Source: Mobula hypostoma
Taxonomy: Eukaryota
DNA length: 64,000 bases
NCBI RefSeq assembly: GCF_963921235.1
Contig: NC_086097.1
Span: 175,772,001-175,836,000 of the forward strand
Direction: 5' to 3'
Position numbers and translations under genes: made by a program. This document shows positions 1 to 13,910 of this stretch, piece by piece; position 1 is the first letter of the stretch; every line of letters begins with the position of its first letter. Below the pieces are notes generated by a model that saw nothing but the letters and a program-made list of their open reading frames with translations, did not search any database and was not told the DNA's origin.

Positions 1-485
1 TTGGACTCCATTTCTAAGAAAAGATGTATTGGCATTAGAGGCTTAAAGGATTAACATATGAGGAACATTTAATGGCTTTGGCCTTATACACACTGTTTAG
101 AAGAATAGGGAGGAGTCTCATTGAAACCTACCAAATATTGAAAGGCCAGCTGTAGGTAGAATGGATGTAGAGAGGATATTTCCTATAGTGGGGGAATCGA
201 GGTCCAGAGGGCTCAGTCTCAGAATAGGATGTCCCTTTAAAACAGCGATGAACAGGAATTTCTTTAGGAGAGTGGTGACTCTGTGGAATTCATTGCCACA
301 GATCAGCTGTGGATGCCAAGTCAGTGGATATATTTAAAGCGGAGTTTGATAGGTTCTTGATTAGTAAAGGTGTCAAGGATACAAGAAGGCAGGAGAATTT
401 GGTTGAGAAGGAAAATCAGCCATGCTTGAATGCTGGAACAATCTTAATGGATCAGATGGCCTAATTCTGCTCCTATGTCTTAGTC
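1..485 (+). mobile_element. CR1-clade LINE 3' end (degenerate)
   Basis: Similar to the 3' ends of other CR1 copies here (gaaacctac...gtggatgtggagagg...cctaattctgctcctatgtct). Confidence 0.8.
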
Positions 486-2429
486 TTTCTGCCCCAAAAT
501 CCTTTGGTAGGCTACCTTGTATTGGAAAATATAGCAGGAGTAGGCTTAGTTAGCAAAATGGCTTTGTGAAATAAGTTATTAATTTATTGTTCCTTTAGAA
601 TGTAGAACAGTACAACTGAGGAACAGGCCCTGTAGGCCACAGTGTTGTGAGCAGTATGTTGTTGAGATTAGGCCTCTTGTGGTTCTATCTCAATTCATTG
701 GTCACTCTCCAGATATGAATCTGGATGGGAAATGTGCTCCATTCTACCAAATTCTTACTGTGTGATTGACTACTTTCAAAACATTCAAGTCAACTAATGC
801 CTGATCCTAATGTGTCTATGATTTACAGACTTTAGAGTACTTGCTGTCATGTACACTCACACAATTCATTTGTTGTACTTGCAGTAGATATTATTAATTG
901 ACAATGTTTTCTGATCAATAAGATCAGTATTCTATTTCCTTAACTGTATCCAGTGTTGCTTTCTTTGCAAGGATGTCTGTTTTCTTTTGATAATTCCAGC
1001 ATTTATTAGTTTCAAATAGTGAATGAGTAGAAATTAACTCAGGGATGTTTGCTGTTAAACAGTTTATCTTTTCAACAACCAAGAATTAACCTCCATATTA
1101 TCAACAACTCCACCAATCTTCCTGTCATCCGTGAACTTGCTGATAATGTCTCCTATATCCACATCCAGGTCATTGGCACTGATTTCTGTGGAAAACCACT
1201 AGTCACAAGCATCCAATTGCAAGACTGCCCTCTACTGTCTCTCTGAATCCTAATGCCAGGTCAAGTTTGGATCCAGTTTACTCATTTACCTTGGAACCCT
1301 TCTGCTATATGGGACCTCATAAATGCCTTGCTGAGGTCCATGCAAGCTACATCTACTGCACTATTCTCATCAATACACTTTGTTACCGTCAAAAAAAATT
1401 CAGTCAGGATTTGTTCTTGAAGCCAAGTTGGCTATGAGATAAAAGGTCGTGACCCAACAGCATTAGCTATCTATTTCCCTCTACAGATACTGCCTGATCT
1501 GCTGAGTTCTTTCAGTAGTCTGCTTGATGCTGTAGATTCCAATATCTGCAATCTCCTGTATTTCCTTGATGGTTATCTGAGTCCCTACCTTTCCAAGTGA
1601 TCATTTACTCTGTATGTCAGAATTATTTCCATTAAGTTTCCTTACAGGTGTGTAATTGTCAGGCTTTTCCTTGCACCATTTCCTGCAAAATGTTTGCTGT
1701 CTGGGGTTTGGGGGAGGCTGGGTGTTGGTGGTTAACCTTAATGAAATGCCTTCGTGGCCTTGCAGGCAACTATCACTAAATATTGGAGTCATAGTCAAAT
1801 GGCAATGAAATGAGTCATAGGGCCCAACATATCCTTATTGACCTGTGTGCCCATCTGCACTCATCTCTCACCTAATTTGTTTGCATTAGCACCATATCAT
1901 TCCATTACCTGCCTGTCCAAAGGCCTTTTAAATGTAGTAATTGTATTTTATTCCAACAGTACCTCTGGTAGCATGTTCTAGGTATCAACCACTGTGTGAG
2001 TGGTGTATTTGTATATGTGTGAGAATCAGACAAACATTTCCCTTCAAACTCTGTTTCTTTTCATTGTAAACATCTGCCCTTTTGTGTTTTTTGATACTCC
2101 TAGTATGGAAAAAAGATTTTAATCATCTGCTCTGTCCATGCTGCTTATAATCTTGTACACATCTATTAGGTCACACTCAAGTCGTCATCACTCTAGGGAC
2201 AGTGAGCCCAACCTATCCAATATTTTGTATTGTTGAAGTCCTCCTACCCAGGCAACTTACTGGTGAATCTCCTCTGTTCTCTCCATTGCAGTCACCTCCT
2301 TCCTGTACTGTGATGACCAGAACTGCACACGATGGTCTGTCTGTCCTCACTGTTGGAATGTAACATCCCAACTCGTTTATTCTCTGCCTCTTATTATAAC
2401 ACACTTTGATTTGAAATTAGTTGTTTTGT

Positions 2430-2840
2430 GTCAGCAATACAATGCAAAGACACATGTACTATTCATTACAAAAATAAAGAAGTAGTGCACAAAAAACAGG
2501 AATAACAAGGTAGTGTTCATGAACCATTCAAAAATCTGATGGCAGAGGGGAAGAAGCTGTTTCTGATTTGCTGAATGTGGGTTTTCAGATTCCTTTACCA
2601 CCACCTTGATTGTTAGTAACAAGAAGAGGGCATGTTCCAGATGGGGAGGGTCCTTGGTGATGGATGCCGCCTTATTGAAGCACTGCCTTTTGAAAATGCC
2701 TCAATGGTGGGGAGGGTTGTGACTGTGATGGACCTGAATGAGTCAACAGCACTCTGCAGCCTGTTGCAATCCTGTGCAGTGAAACCTTTGTCCCAGGCTG
2801 TAATGCAACCAGTCAGGATGATCTCCTGTTGCATCTATAG
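2430..2840 (-). mobile_element. Rex1/Babar-type LINE 3' fragment
   Basis: Translation ILTGCITAW...LQSAV...ITVTTLPTIE is typical of the Rex1/Babar RT C-terminus; homologous to 33776-34411. Confidence 0.65.
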
Positions 2841-2844
2841 AAAT

Positions 2845-3310
2845 AGATATAGGTCTGAAGGCGGATAAGTCACCTGGACCCAATGGACTACACTCCAGAG
2901 TTCTGAAAGAGGTAGCAGAAGAGATTGTGGAGGCATTAGTGATCTTTCAAGAATCACTAGATTCCAGAATAGATCCAGAGGACTGGAAAATTGCAAATGT
3001 TACGCCACACTTTGAGAGAGGGAGACAAAAAAAAAGGAAATTATAGGCCAGTTAGGTTGACTTCAGTGGTTGGGAAGATGTTGGAGTCCATTATTAAGGA
3101 TGTGGTTTCTGGGTACTTGGAGGTACATGATAAAATTGATCAAGGTCAACATGTATTCCTTAAGGGAAACTCTTGCTTGACAAATCTGTTGCAATTCCTT
3201 GAGGAAATAACAGGATAGACAGTGGATGTTTGTTTGGATTTGACCAGCTGCAGCACAAAAGGCTGCTAAACCAGATGAGAGCCCAAAGGCTATTATGATT
3301 AATGGAAGGG
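2845..3310 (+). mobile_element. CR1 RT fragment
   Basis: GNYRPVRLTSVVGKMLESIIKD...SCLTNLLQF. Confidence 0.85.
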
Positions 3311-4885
3311 AAATATTGTAGTTCTGAGCCCAGTATTTAAGTTCATCTACCTCTGAATCCAGACTTTGAAATTCTGACACTTCTTTTGCCTTTTTTGAGA
3401 TGCAAATTCCAAATTAGAATGACAATTTTTCCAAGTGACATAACCCTACAGTTGTGTTAATGTACGTAACCTTGTAGTGAAGTAGTGATTGTATGTTTAC
3501 TCCCGGGTGTTTTCTCCCCCAGTTTAAGATGGTGCTACTTACTGGTTTAATCAACAACTTGCTAGTGGCTAATGAAACAAAAAAACAACTAACTGCTTCG
3601 TTATTCACACTTTTTCTGGAAATGATTGCTGCAAACAGTGGCCTGTGACTTTTCTGTTGGTGTTGAGCTGAATCGCCTATACAATCTGGCATTTTTATGG
3701 TGTGGCTGGAATCTCGCTGGGGCAGGGCAGTTGCATTATATCAGAGCTAGAGTTGCTAATGGATGGAGGCAATTTGATGAGGTTGAGGCAAGGCATGGAA
3801 AGATCTGAGGTTAATGGATTATAAGAGTGGAGCCCAAATGGAAAAGTCAGGATACTTGCCATATTGAGGTGACAGAGCCTGAGCCTGTGGGCAAGGAATG
3901 ACCTGAAGTTTGGATGATTTAAGCACCGGGCCAGATGGAAATTGTCCCAGTGTCGGTTTCGGAAGTGAGAGGCCAGTTCAGTTCACTGCTGAGGGGTTTG
4001 CTGGGCTCTGCTGGACTGAGGCTGTGGCCTGCAACTGGTGGACTTCTGAATCAGCTGCAGTGATGCCTGGCATTGTGAACTTCCGTTCTGAATGCTGTTT
4101 GCTTTATTGTTTGCACAATTTGTTTTTTTTTCTTCTCTGCACATTGGGTGTTTGATGGTTGTCTTTTGTTTTTAATGAGTTCTATTGGGGTTCTGTGTTT
4201 TGTGGTTGCCTGAAAGGAGACGGATCTCAAGGTTGTGTAAAGTGTACATACTTCGTAATAAGATACTTTGAACTTCTATTCCTTGTCAGTGAAGGTCTCT
4301 TGCTTTAAAACCACAGCATAAGTTAAAGTAGGAATATGGCCATAATTCATTGAACTTACTGGCATTCCCCAAGGTGAGGTTGAACCCGTGCCTGAAATTC
4401 ATTTATCATCATATCCCTACAAACCCTGATTTCCTGTGTTCAAGGGTTAAGCATTGATGGCCTTCTGAGCTAATGATTATAAAGATTGGGGGATATAGGG
4501 GAAACAGATACAATAGCAACTTTTAAAAACCATTTATACAGGCACATGGACAAGCAAGAAGTGGAAGGATGCACCCCATGTACAGGCAGATGGGGTTAGC
4601 ACCATGATTAGACAAACTTTGTGTGCTGAAGTGGCTGCTCCTGTGCTGTACTGTTCTATGTTTCAATTCTAAATAACCAACTTTCTGGATCCTTCGGTGT
4701 GCTGTCTGATTATATGCCATTTTTAACTTATTAGTTCTCTGCATGTAAAATAGTTAATAAATTACAGCATCAAATAGTTGTGTTCTTGATAAAAGATATT
4801 AATGTTATTCCAGTACATTATTTAGGATGCACTCCTGAGTTCTCGTGTGTTAATTGACCTTGTCACTTTATTGATTTTCATATAG

Positions 4886-4999
4886 ATTATCTTGAAGGAT
4901 ATAATTCAAGTGAATACCTTGGTCAGGGTGGAACATATCTTCCAGAAGACTTCACTTACTCTCCAGGCTTGCCTTGTCCAGAAAAGCTGCCGTCAATGA
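4886..4999 (+). CDS. B4GALT6: beta-1,4-galactosyltransferase 6, coding exon 3 (stem region)
   Basis: tag| acceptor and |gtgagt donor; 114 bp, phase 1-1; (D)YLEGYNSSEYLGQGGTYLPEDFTYSPGLPCPEKLPSM aligns to human B4GALT6 DYPEGNNSSDYLVQTTTYLPENFTYSPYLPCPEKLPYM. Confidence 0.93.
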   Translation: MILKDIIQVNTLVRVEHIFQKTSLTLQACLVQKSCRQ

Positions 5000-7010
5000 G
5001 TGAGTAATCTCTGAATTTAAAAAAAACACACATTTGCAATTTTTCAAGTGTGGAAAAAAGGGAAGATTTACAGTAGAATTTTATTTCTCCAACCATTGCT
5101 TTACTCAGTAATCCATCTTGTCAACAGATTATTTTAGTGACTGCATGAGATGTCAGCTGGGGTCTATACCCTTTTGGCTATTGTATATTAATGTTGGGGA
5201 GGGATGTGATTATTTCACCTTGTGAATAGTAAATCTTTGATATTCGCATCTTGAACTAACAATGATTAAGTTGAACCTCCCTCTGAAATAATGATGGCAA
5301 ATTGTTTGTATAGAATTTTACAATTTAATACACATATCCTGTGCCACCTGCTTGGAGATAGCAAACCAAGTACCAAACCAGTCTATTTCGGGTGAAGCAG
5401 CAATGGTTGACTGGATGCCTGGCTGGAGAGGCATGTTTCAGGAGAATCTCATAGGCAGGAAACTAGCCTAGATACTTGTCCTTCAGAGTTGATGTACAAC
5501 AACTAATTATGGGTTCTGGCTGATGAAGCATGACAATTAATGATGGATATCTAAATTGGTGATGTGCATTTTGGCCAGAATTTGAATCCAGTTATTCAGG
5601 AGAAATATAGAAAGAAAACAAACTGGAAGAAAAGACTTGGGATTTGACACCAAAGAAGGAATTTTATAATGGTCATTGCCAGATCTGGAATGAACATGAA
5701 TGAGTGATAATGAAAGCAATTGGTGAACAAAACTTGCGCAGAAACCAGAGTTTTGGATAAGCTCATGTTCATAAGACTGGAGAATTGCCAAGGTGGGTAA
5801 AAGACTTTCTACAGCAGATGAGCCAGCCAGCGATGGAGTTAGGAAATGTTAAAGCTGTGCATTCTTGGTGATGGTCCAGGTTGGTAGTTCATTTTGGAAT
5901 CAAATGTTGACAATCTGATTTAGCCTTGGGGAGAGAAAAGGGTAGTAGCTTAGAGAGCATAATTTATGAAGGGGTTTAAAAATAATGGATTTTAATTCCC
6001 AGTATTTTGTTAGGTAGGCTGTGAGACAAAATATGCTAGTTTTAACAGTTAGATTCATGTAACCTTTCTCTCCGGGAGGTAGCATGTTGCTGAACAATAA
6101 GATGGATCCTTGGGGTTCAACAGAGGCAATAGTGTGTGATTAGAAAACGAAGTTCATTGCTGATAATCATTTACCTGGGTAGGTAAAAATGGGACCAGAC
6201 AATACTTCTGCTACCGAGGTAGATGACGGAGAAGATGTAAAAGCAGGAAATGCTAGAGATGTTTGGCAGGTCAGGCAGGACCTTTGGTGAAAGAAAAACT
6301 GAGTTAACATTTTGGATTATGTTCATCAGAAATAAGGCAATACTTTGGAGCATAGCGTTGTCAGTCATTCAAAGACTTGCAGAGTGGTCATGTACCATAA
6401 GGAGAGATATTGCTCTACCTTTCAATAGGATCATGGCTGATCAGATATTCCCGAAGTTCACATTCCTACCCTTTTTCTATAACTGTTCACTACCTTGCTG
6501 ATTGGAATGTGTTGGGTTTAAAACACTAGGATTAACCCACAACACTTGTGACCAAGAAGCTTCTGAGAGAAGAAATACACACATATCTTAGTCTTAACTG
6601 GATGGCCCTTATTCTGAGGCCATGCTGTCTGGTTCTGGACTGTTTTATATTAAAGGCATGTATCCATTTCCACAGACAGATCGTGGATAGGGTTTTGAGG
6701 AGCTATTTCCTGGAAATCGGACATTTTGTCTGGGTTGGTAGAATGTGACAGCATTTGTTCAGCCCTGTTCCAAGTGCTGGGCATTGCTTTTTAACAGAGC
6801 ATCTAACTGGGCCATTTTGTGTTTGTGGACCAGAAGGAACTATGCAAAGTGGAAATAATTGGTGCTGTAGGAGCAAAATTATGGAACAGTTTGAACAAAT
6901 TTTGTTACGGAAGAAAACTAAGAACATCCTCAATCATCTGATATATTTGGAATATTGGCTCATTTTATATATGCAAGCCCTCTTGTTTTAATATCTTTTT
7001 GTCTTTTCAG

Positions 7011-7135
7011 AGGGGCTTATAGATGTTAACATGAGCGAAATCAGCATGGAAGAAATTCAGCATTTATTTTCAAAAGATAGAGATATAAAATATGGAGGTC
7101 ACTGGAAGCCAGGTGATTGCAAGCCCCGCTGGAAG
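7011..7135 (+). CDS. B4GALT6: B4GALT6 coding exon 4
   Basis: ttttcag| acceptor, |gtgag donor; 125 bp; KGLIDVNMSEISMEEIQHLFSKDRDIKYGGHWKPGDCKPRWK; splices in frame with exons 3 and 5. Confidence 0.95.
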
Positions 7136-8089
7136 GTGAGATGTTGAAGTGTTGATCCAAATCCATATACCTTTGTAGTGAGTTCTAAAGAAAATAAATC
7201 TTCCCAAGAAAATTGCCCAACTTGCTGCATTCTTAATTAGTTGCTAAAATTTGAGGAAAGAAACCACCTTTAACCACTCTAGCTGATGAGTGATTCCAGT
7301 TCCATTATTTAACTGTCTTAAGTAATCTTTTAATTTGGAGGGAAAGTAGTGAAAGACAATAAATACTGAATTAACACTATCATCCACATCACAAATAACA
7401 TTATTTAGTTCCCTCTTTTGTCAAAGTACAAATCCCAACAAAGTGGGAGGAATTATTACAGAATGAGTGATTGGCTTACAGCTCAACATGAAACTCCTTT
7501 GGATTTATTCTAGTAGGATGGTAAAATTGGATTAGTTTATTTTCCCAGAAATTTGTATGCAACTTCCAAAGTCATAGCATTCGGTAGGTAAGGGCACAGC
7601 CTGGTAATGATTTAGATTCTAATGTGTGGTAAATATTGGGACTGGCAGGTAGGAGGTATGTTTTGATTTTTAGGAAGTAAATAATTGATGCGTTCAGCCC
7701 TAATGTAATCTTAAATTGAATGGTATTTCAACTGTTCTCCCAAGGTTCATTCAACTATATAATGTCCAGTGAATGTTTAGTCATACACCATGGAAACAGG
7801 CCTTCAAGCCCCTCTCCTTCATGTACCTACATAAATGCCTCTTAAATGTTTCAATTGTATCCACTTCAACTACTTCCTTGGCAGCTCATTCCAGGTGCTA
7901 TACCCTTTGTGTAAAGAAGCTACCATTCTAATCTCTTAACCCCTATTGTATCTGTTCTCTGTAGTTTTGAACTTCCCAACCCCGGGGAAAAGACTATGAC
8001 CATCCTATCTTATCAATACTCATGATTTTAAAAAAAAAGTCTTTTACTCCCCAATGCCCTATAAAGTTGCTAAGATAATTTTTTTCCAG

Positions 8090-8206
8090 GTGGCCATCCT
8101 TATTCCATTCCGCAATCGTCATGAACATCTTCCGATCCTATTTCGACATCTGATTCCAATGCTTCAGAGACAACATGTGCAGTTTGGTTTCTATGTTATT
8201 GAGCAG
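8090..8206 (+). CDS. B4GALT6: B4GALT6 coding exon 5
   Basis: tttccag| and |gtaaat; 117 bp; [39 protein letters not shown] contains the GT7 PFRNR motif. Confidence 0.96.
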
Positions 8207-9376
8207 GTAAATTCTTTCATAGTTACTGATGTAGAATGTGACTGGATACCAAGTTATTTATGACTATTTTTCATAGGTAAAGTCAGACTGCAGCCCAAAA
8301 GTGTGCCATTTGGATGGAGTAATTTGAATAGCCATTCCTCCCATGCTGAATGTGGTAATGTGTTCAAGATTAGTTAATGAAATATGGGATTCCTGCACTA
8401 TTTTAAGAATATTGTTTGATTTCTGGTGGAGCATCAACTACGACATCGGGAGTGATATGCATTGAATTTGGTGTGAGAATGATGGGCATGAAGAAACAAT
8501 GAAATCCAGGAGTGACAAAAGACCACTGTTTCTCTCTTAATATGACTGGTGCACGTACCATTCTCAATAGCTTCTATTGCTAATTTGATTACACCATGGC
8601 TTCCTTTCGCCCAACTGGTCCAAGCCGACTAAGATGACACATCCAAGCTAGTCCCATTAGCTGGGGTTTGACCCATAACCTTCTAAGCCATTCTAATTAC
8701 ATAATGTATTACTATGGCTGCATGTCTATTGGTCTAACTGAACACAAGGCATTCTAGACTGTTTTGAGTTGTTATAGAAGGTTTTGTAATTTTTAGCAGG
8801 CTTTATTTCCAGATCATTGCATATGGTATGGAAGAAGACAGAGGAAGTAATTATCTTCATTCCCCAAGTGTCATCTTAATACATCATCCTTAATTGATTT
8901 TCTACAATTAAGTCCTTGTCTGGAAAGGAAGAAGCAATAACTTGCAAGTGTGCCGGTTTGTGATATTGTGCTTTACTTCCCTTGTTGCCTCTTTTCCCTT
9001 AAGTTGGCAGCAATTGAATTGCCATTCAACAATGAACAAATGGAAACTTCCAACCAAACCTTCAAAACCAAAACAGTTTGCTTTCCTTGTTACTAATGTT
9101 CCCAGCTGTGGATAAGGCAACTCCGTAGTTGAGAGTTGCCTCAGGGTTTAGTTTCGTGTCCATATCCAAACCATCAGTGACTGCCTGTTTCTGTCACCTT
9201 AATGTTGTGCAACTCTTGCCTCTACCTCAATTCATCTGTTGCTGAAGTCCTCATTTAGGCCTTTGTTACCATTGAGACATCCATTCTAATGTACACCAGC
9301 TTGATGGTATAATATTTTAATCTTTAATTTGTTGTAACTCCTAAGTGCTATTGTTTCTCTTCCTTTGTTCACCCAG

Positions 9377-9564
9377 GCTGGTAACTACCCCTTTAATCGT
9401 GCAATGCTGTTCAACGTTGGTTTTTTGGAGGCTATCAAAGATCTAGATTGGGACTGCCTTATTTTTCATGATGTTGACCACATACCAGAAAGTGATCGTA
9501 ACTATTATGGATGTGGACAGATGCCACGACATTTTGCATCAAAGCTAGACAAGTACATGTACAT
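9377..9564 (+). CDS. B4GALT6: B4GALT6 coding exon 6
   Basis: cccag| and |gtaagt; 188 bp; AGNYPFNRAMLFNVGF...IFHDVDHIPESDRNYYGCGQMPRHFASKLDKYMY contains FNRA and the metal-binding DVD motif. Confidence 0.97.
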
Positions 9565-9599
9565 GTAAGTGTCTGCACTTTCCACTTTTATCCTTAAAA

Positions 9600-12500
9600 G
9601 GCTTTGGTGAGAACAGGCAGAGGTTGGGTAAGTTCATTCCTTGTTTCTTATTCAACTGTAGAGAGAATATGGGGTATGTCTACAAAGCCAGTGTTCTGCT
9701 CTGGGTGTCAGATGAGGGATTTGCAGGAGACTCCCAGCCTCCTCGATGGCCACATCTGTGCCAGGTGCATCCAGATGCAGCTCCTTAGAGACAGTGTTAG
9801 GGAACTGGAGCTGCAGCTTGATGACTTAAGGGATGTTGGGGAAAGTGAAGCACTGGTAGACAGGTCACCCCAAGGCTGCAGGAGACAGATATATGGGTGA
9901 CCCTCAGAAGAGGGAAGGGAGAACGTCAGATAGTGGAGAGCACCCTTGTGCTTGTCCCCCTCAACAATAAGAACTCCATTTTGAGTACTGTTGGGGCAGG
10001 GGGAATGATCTACTTGGGGGAAGCAACAGTGGCCATGCCCCTGGCACTGAGTCTGGCCCTGTGGCTCAGAAGGGTAAGGAACTGAAGAGGGTGGCAGCAG
10101 TAATAGGGGACTCTATAGTCAGGGTTACAGATAGGTGATCTGTGGACATGAAAAGGAAACATGGATGGTAGTTTGCCTCCCAGGTGCCAGGGTCCAACAT
10201 GTTTCTGGATGCATCCACAATATCCTGAAAAGGGAGGGTGAGCAGTCAGAAGTCATAATACATGTTGGTACCAATGACATGGAAGAAAAAGGGATGAGAA
10301 CCTGAAAAAGAATACAGGGAGTTATGAAGTAAGCTGGGAAGCAGGACCTCAAAGGTAGTAATCTCGGGATTGCTGCTTGTGCCATGCGACAGTGAGGATA
10401 GGAATAGACTGAGGTGGCTGCAGAATTGGAGCAGGGAGCAGAGATTCAGATTTTTTGATAATTGGGACCTCTCCTGGGGCAGGTGGGACTTGTACAAAAG
10501 GGATGGGTTGCACGTAAATCTGAGAGGGATTCTTGCGGGCATATTTATTAGAGCTGTTGGGAGTGGTTTAAACTAATATAGCAGGGGAATGGGAGCCAGT
10601 ATTATGGTTTACAAGCAGATGATGGGTGTAACATGAATGTAAGAAAGGAGGAGCCAATGATTGAGGACAAATGCAAACAGAGCAAAAAGTTAAGTTGTAC
10701 CACAGAGGCAAAATTCAAAAGAGCAACGAATGCAGGTCTGAAGATGCTGTATTTAAATGTGTGTAGCATTCAGAATAAGGTGGACGAACCTGTGGCTCAA
10801 TTAGGCATTGGTTGGTATGACGTGGGCATCACTGAGTTGTGGCTGAAAGAAAGCCATAGTTGGGAGCTTAACATCAAAGGATATACTTTGTATCGAAAGG
10901 ACAGGCATTAAAGCATAGGCGGTGTGTGGCTCTGTTGGGAAGAGACGGAATTACATCTTTAGAAAGAAGTGATGTAGGGTCAGAGAATGTAGAGTCTTTG
11001 TGGGTGCAGTTAAATTGCAAGGGTAAAAAAAAATTATGGAATCATATAGGCCTCCAAATAGTAGCCAAGATGTGGGGTTCAAATTGCAAAGGGAGCTGGG
11101 AAACGCATTTAACAAGGGTAATGACTCGATTGTAATGGGGGACTTCAATATGCAAGGGGACTGGGAATATCAGATTGGTGTTAGATCACAAGAGGGAATT
11201 TGTTGAATACCTGTGTAACTCTCGGTTTTGTGTAGCGGCTTAATCTAGGGGAAGATAGCCCTCAGCCCGGCCAAACTTAAGAAATCTTGTTTGGGTGGAT
11301 GCTGCATGATGTGTCCCCTGTTACAAATCAGTACCACGAAATAACAAACAGTACACAGTATGCAATGAAACGATTGAGCTTTAGGATTCTTAATTTTACT
11401 ATATAGTTAGTAAAGAAACAAACAAAAAAAAGGGCCCATTCTCATGAAACAGTCTAATGCGCAACATTGGAGCTCATGGTTCAGTCCTCTGGTTTCCGGT
11501 CGGGGTCGTAGCCAACCTTCGGGCCCTCAATCCAAGTCCACTCTGTCCAGCGGTCTACCAGCTCTCTCCATTCGCATCTTGTGTCCTCATTTCTCCCTGG
11601 CAAAAGACCGCGAAATCCCTGCTCCCAGACCCACAAGAAAGAACAACATCCCTCTTATTGGATAGCCCCACATTCCAAAGCCCTGTTATCTCTAGTCGTA
11701 ACCCAAACATTGCTGCTAAAGAGAAACCATTACATTAGCAGTGAAACATTACAGCGCATTACACCTGCAAGATGGCTTTTTAGAGCAGCTTGTGCTTGAG
11801 TCTATTTGGGGAAAGACTATCTTAGATTGAGTGTTATGTAATAACAGATATTATTAGGGAGCTTAATGTAAAGGAGGTGACTACTACTGTGATCTTAATA
11901 TTGAATTCATATCACAATTTGTGAGGGAGAAGCATAACTCACATGTATCGATATCGTAATGGAATAAAAGGAATTACAGAAGCACGAGAGAACAGCTTGC
12001 CCAGGTGAATTGGAGGATACTAGTGGGGATGATGGCAGAGCAGAGATGGCCGAAGTTTCTGGGAAAAGTTCACAAGGCACAGTATAGATATGTTCCACTG
12101 AGGAAGAAGTTCTCAAATGGCAGGGGCAGGCAAACATGGCTGATAAAAAGCCAAGGAAAGGGCATATAATGTAGCAAAAGTGAGTGGGAAGTTGGATGAT
12201 TGGGAAGCTTTTAAAATCCAACAAAACACAATTAAAAAACCTATAAAAAGGAAACGATGAAATGAGGGTGGACGACCCAATAATGTAAAGCAGGATACCA
12301 AAAGGTTTCTTTAGTTATATAAAGAGTAAAAGGGAGGTGAGTTGATATTGGACCACTGGAAAATGATGCTTGTGAGGTAGTAATGGGGGATGAAGAAATG
12401 GCAGATAATAAGTACTTTGCTTCAGTCTATACAGTGGAAGATACTAACAGTGTGCCAGAGGTCCATGAGTGTCGGGGAGCAGGAGTGAATGCCATTGCCA

Positions 12501-13910
12501 TTACAAAGGAAAAAGTGCTGGCAAACTCAAAGGTCTTGAGATGGATAAGTCACCTGGGCCAGATGGGCAACATCCCAGAGTCCTGAGAGAGATTGCTGAA
12601 GAGATAACGGATACATTGGTTATGATCTTTCAGGAATTATTTGATTCTGGCATGGTCCTGGAGGACTGGAAGATTGCAAATGTCACTCCACCCTTTTAAA
12701 AAGGAAGGCAAAAGAAAGAAAATTATAGGCCAGTAACCCCAGTGGCTAAGGAAGTGTTGGAGTCTACTATTAAGGATGATAGGTACTTGGAGATTAATGT
12801 TAATATAAGTCAAAGTCAGCATGGTTTCTGTGAAGGGAAATCTTGCCTGACAAATCTGTTAGAGTTCTTCAAGGAGGTAACCAGCAGGGTGGATAAAAGA
12901 GAGGCAGTGGATGTCAATTGCTTAGATTTTCAAGAGTTTGATAAGGTGCCACATGTAAGGTTGCTTAACAAGATAACATCCTATGGTGTTACAGGAAAGT
13001 TACTGGCGTGGCTGACAGGCATGAGGCAATGGGTGTAAATAAAAGGGGCCTTTCCTGGTTGGCTGCTGGTGACTAGTGGTGTTCCTCAGGGGTCAGTGTT
13101 GGGACTGCTACTTTTCACATTGTTTGTCAATGATTTCGATAATGGAATTGATGGCTTTGTGACAAAGTGTGTGGATGATACAAAGAGGTGGATGGGTCGG
13201 TCGTGCTGATGAAGCAATGCGATTACAGCAGGACTTGGACAAATTGGAAGAATGGGCAAAAAAAGTGGCAGATGGAATACAGTTTTGGAAAATGTTTGAT
13301 AATGCATTTTGGTAAAAGGAACAATAGTGAAGACTATTACCTAAATGGGGAGAAGGTTCAAACATCAGAGGTGCAGAGTGACTTGGGAGTCCTTGTGTAA
13401 GATTCCCAGAAGGTTAATTTACAGGTTGAGAATGTGGTAAAGAAGGCAAATGCAACGCAGGCATTTATTTCAAGGGGAATAGAATATAAAAGTGAGGAGA
13501 TAATGCTGAGGCTTTATAAGAGACTAGTCAGGCCACACTTGGAGTATTGTCATCAGTTTTGGGCCCCATATCTCAGAAAAGATGTGCTGTCATTGGAGAG
13601 AGCCCAGAGGAGCTTCACGAAGTTGATTCCAGGTATGAAGGGGTTTTGGCATTTGGCAGCTTAGGGTGCGTACTCACTGGAAGTTAGAAGTATGCATGGG
13701 GATCTCATTGAAACCTACTGAATGTTGAAAGGACTGGATAGGGTGGATGTGGAGAGGATGTTTCCTATGGTGGGTGTATCCAGAACTAGCAGGCACAACC
13801 CCAGAATTGAGGGGCAACCCTTTAGAACAGAGGTAAAGAGGAATTTTTTTCAGCCGGAAGTAGTTAATGTGTGGAATGCTCTGCCACAGACTGCAGTAGA
13901 GGCAGAGAGA
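9600..13910 (+). mobile_element. near full-length degenerate CR1 LINE (ORF1 zinc finger plus SGNH esterase; ORF2 APE endonuclease-RT)
   Basis: ORF1 CSGC...HICARC, GDSIVR, DGLH; ORF2 LYLNVCSIQNK, KSPGPDG, QHGF...SCLTNLLEFF, LVRPHLEYC; many stops and frameshifts; interrupted by a solo LTR. Confidence 0.9.
11214..11763. mobile_element. solo LTR (550 bp) inserted in CR1
   Basis: TGTAA...TTACA termini; 4-bp TSD CCTG at 11210-11213 and 11764-11767; the host CR1 rejoins on removal. Confidence 0.8.
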
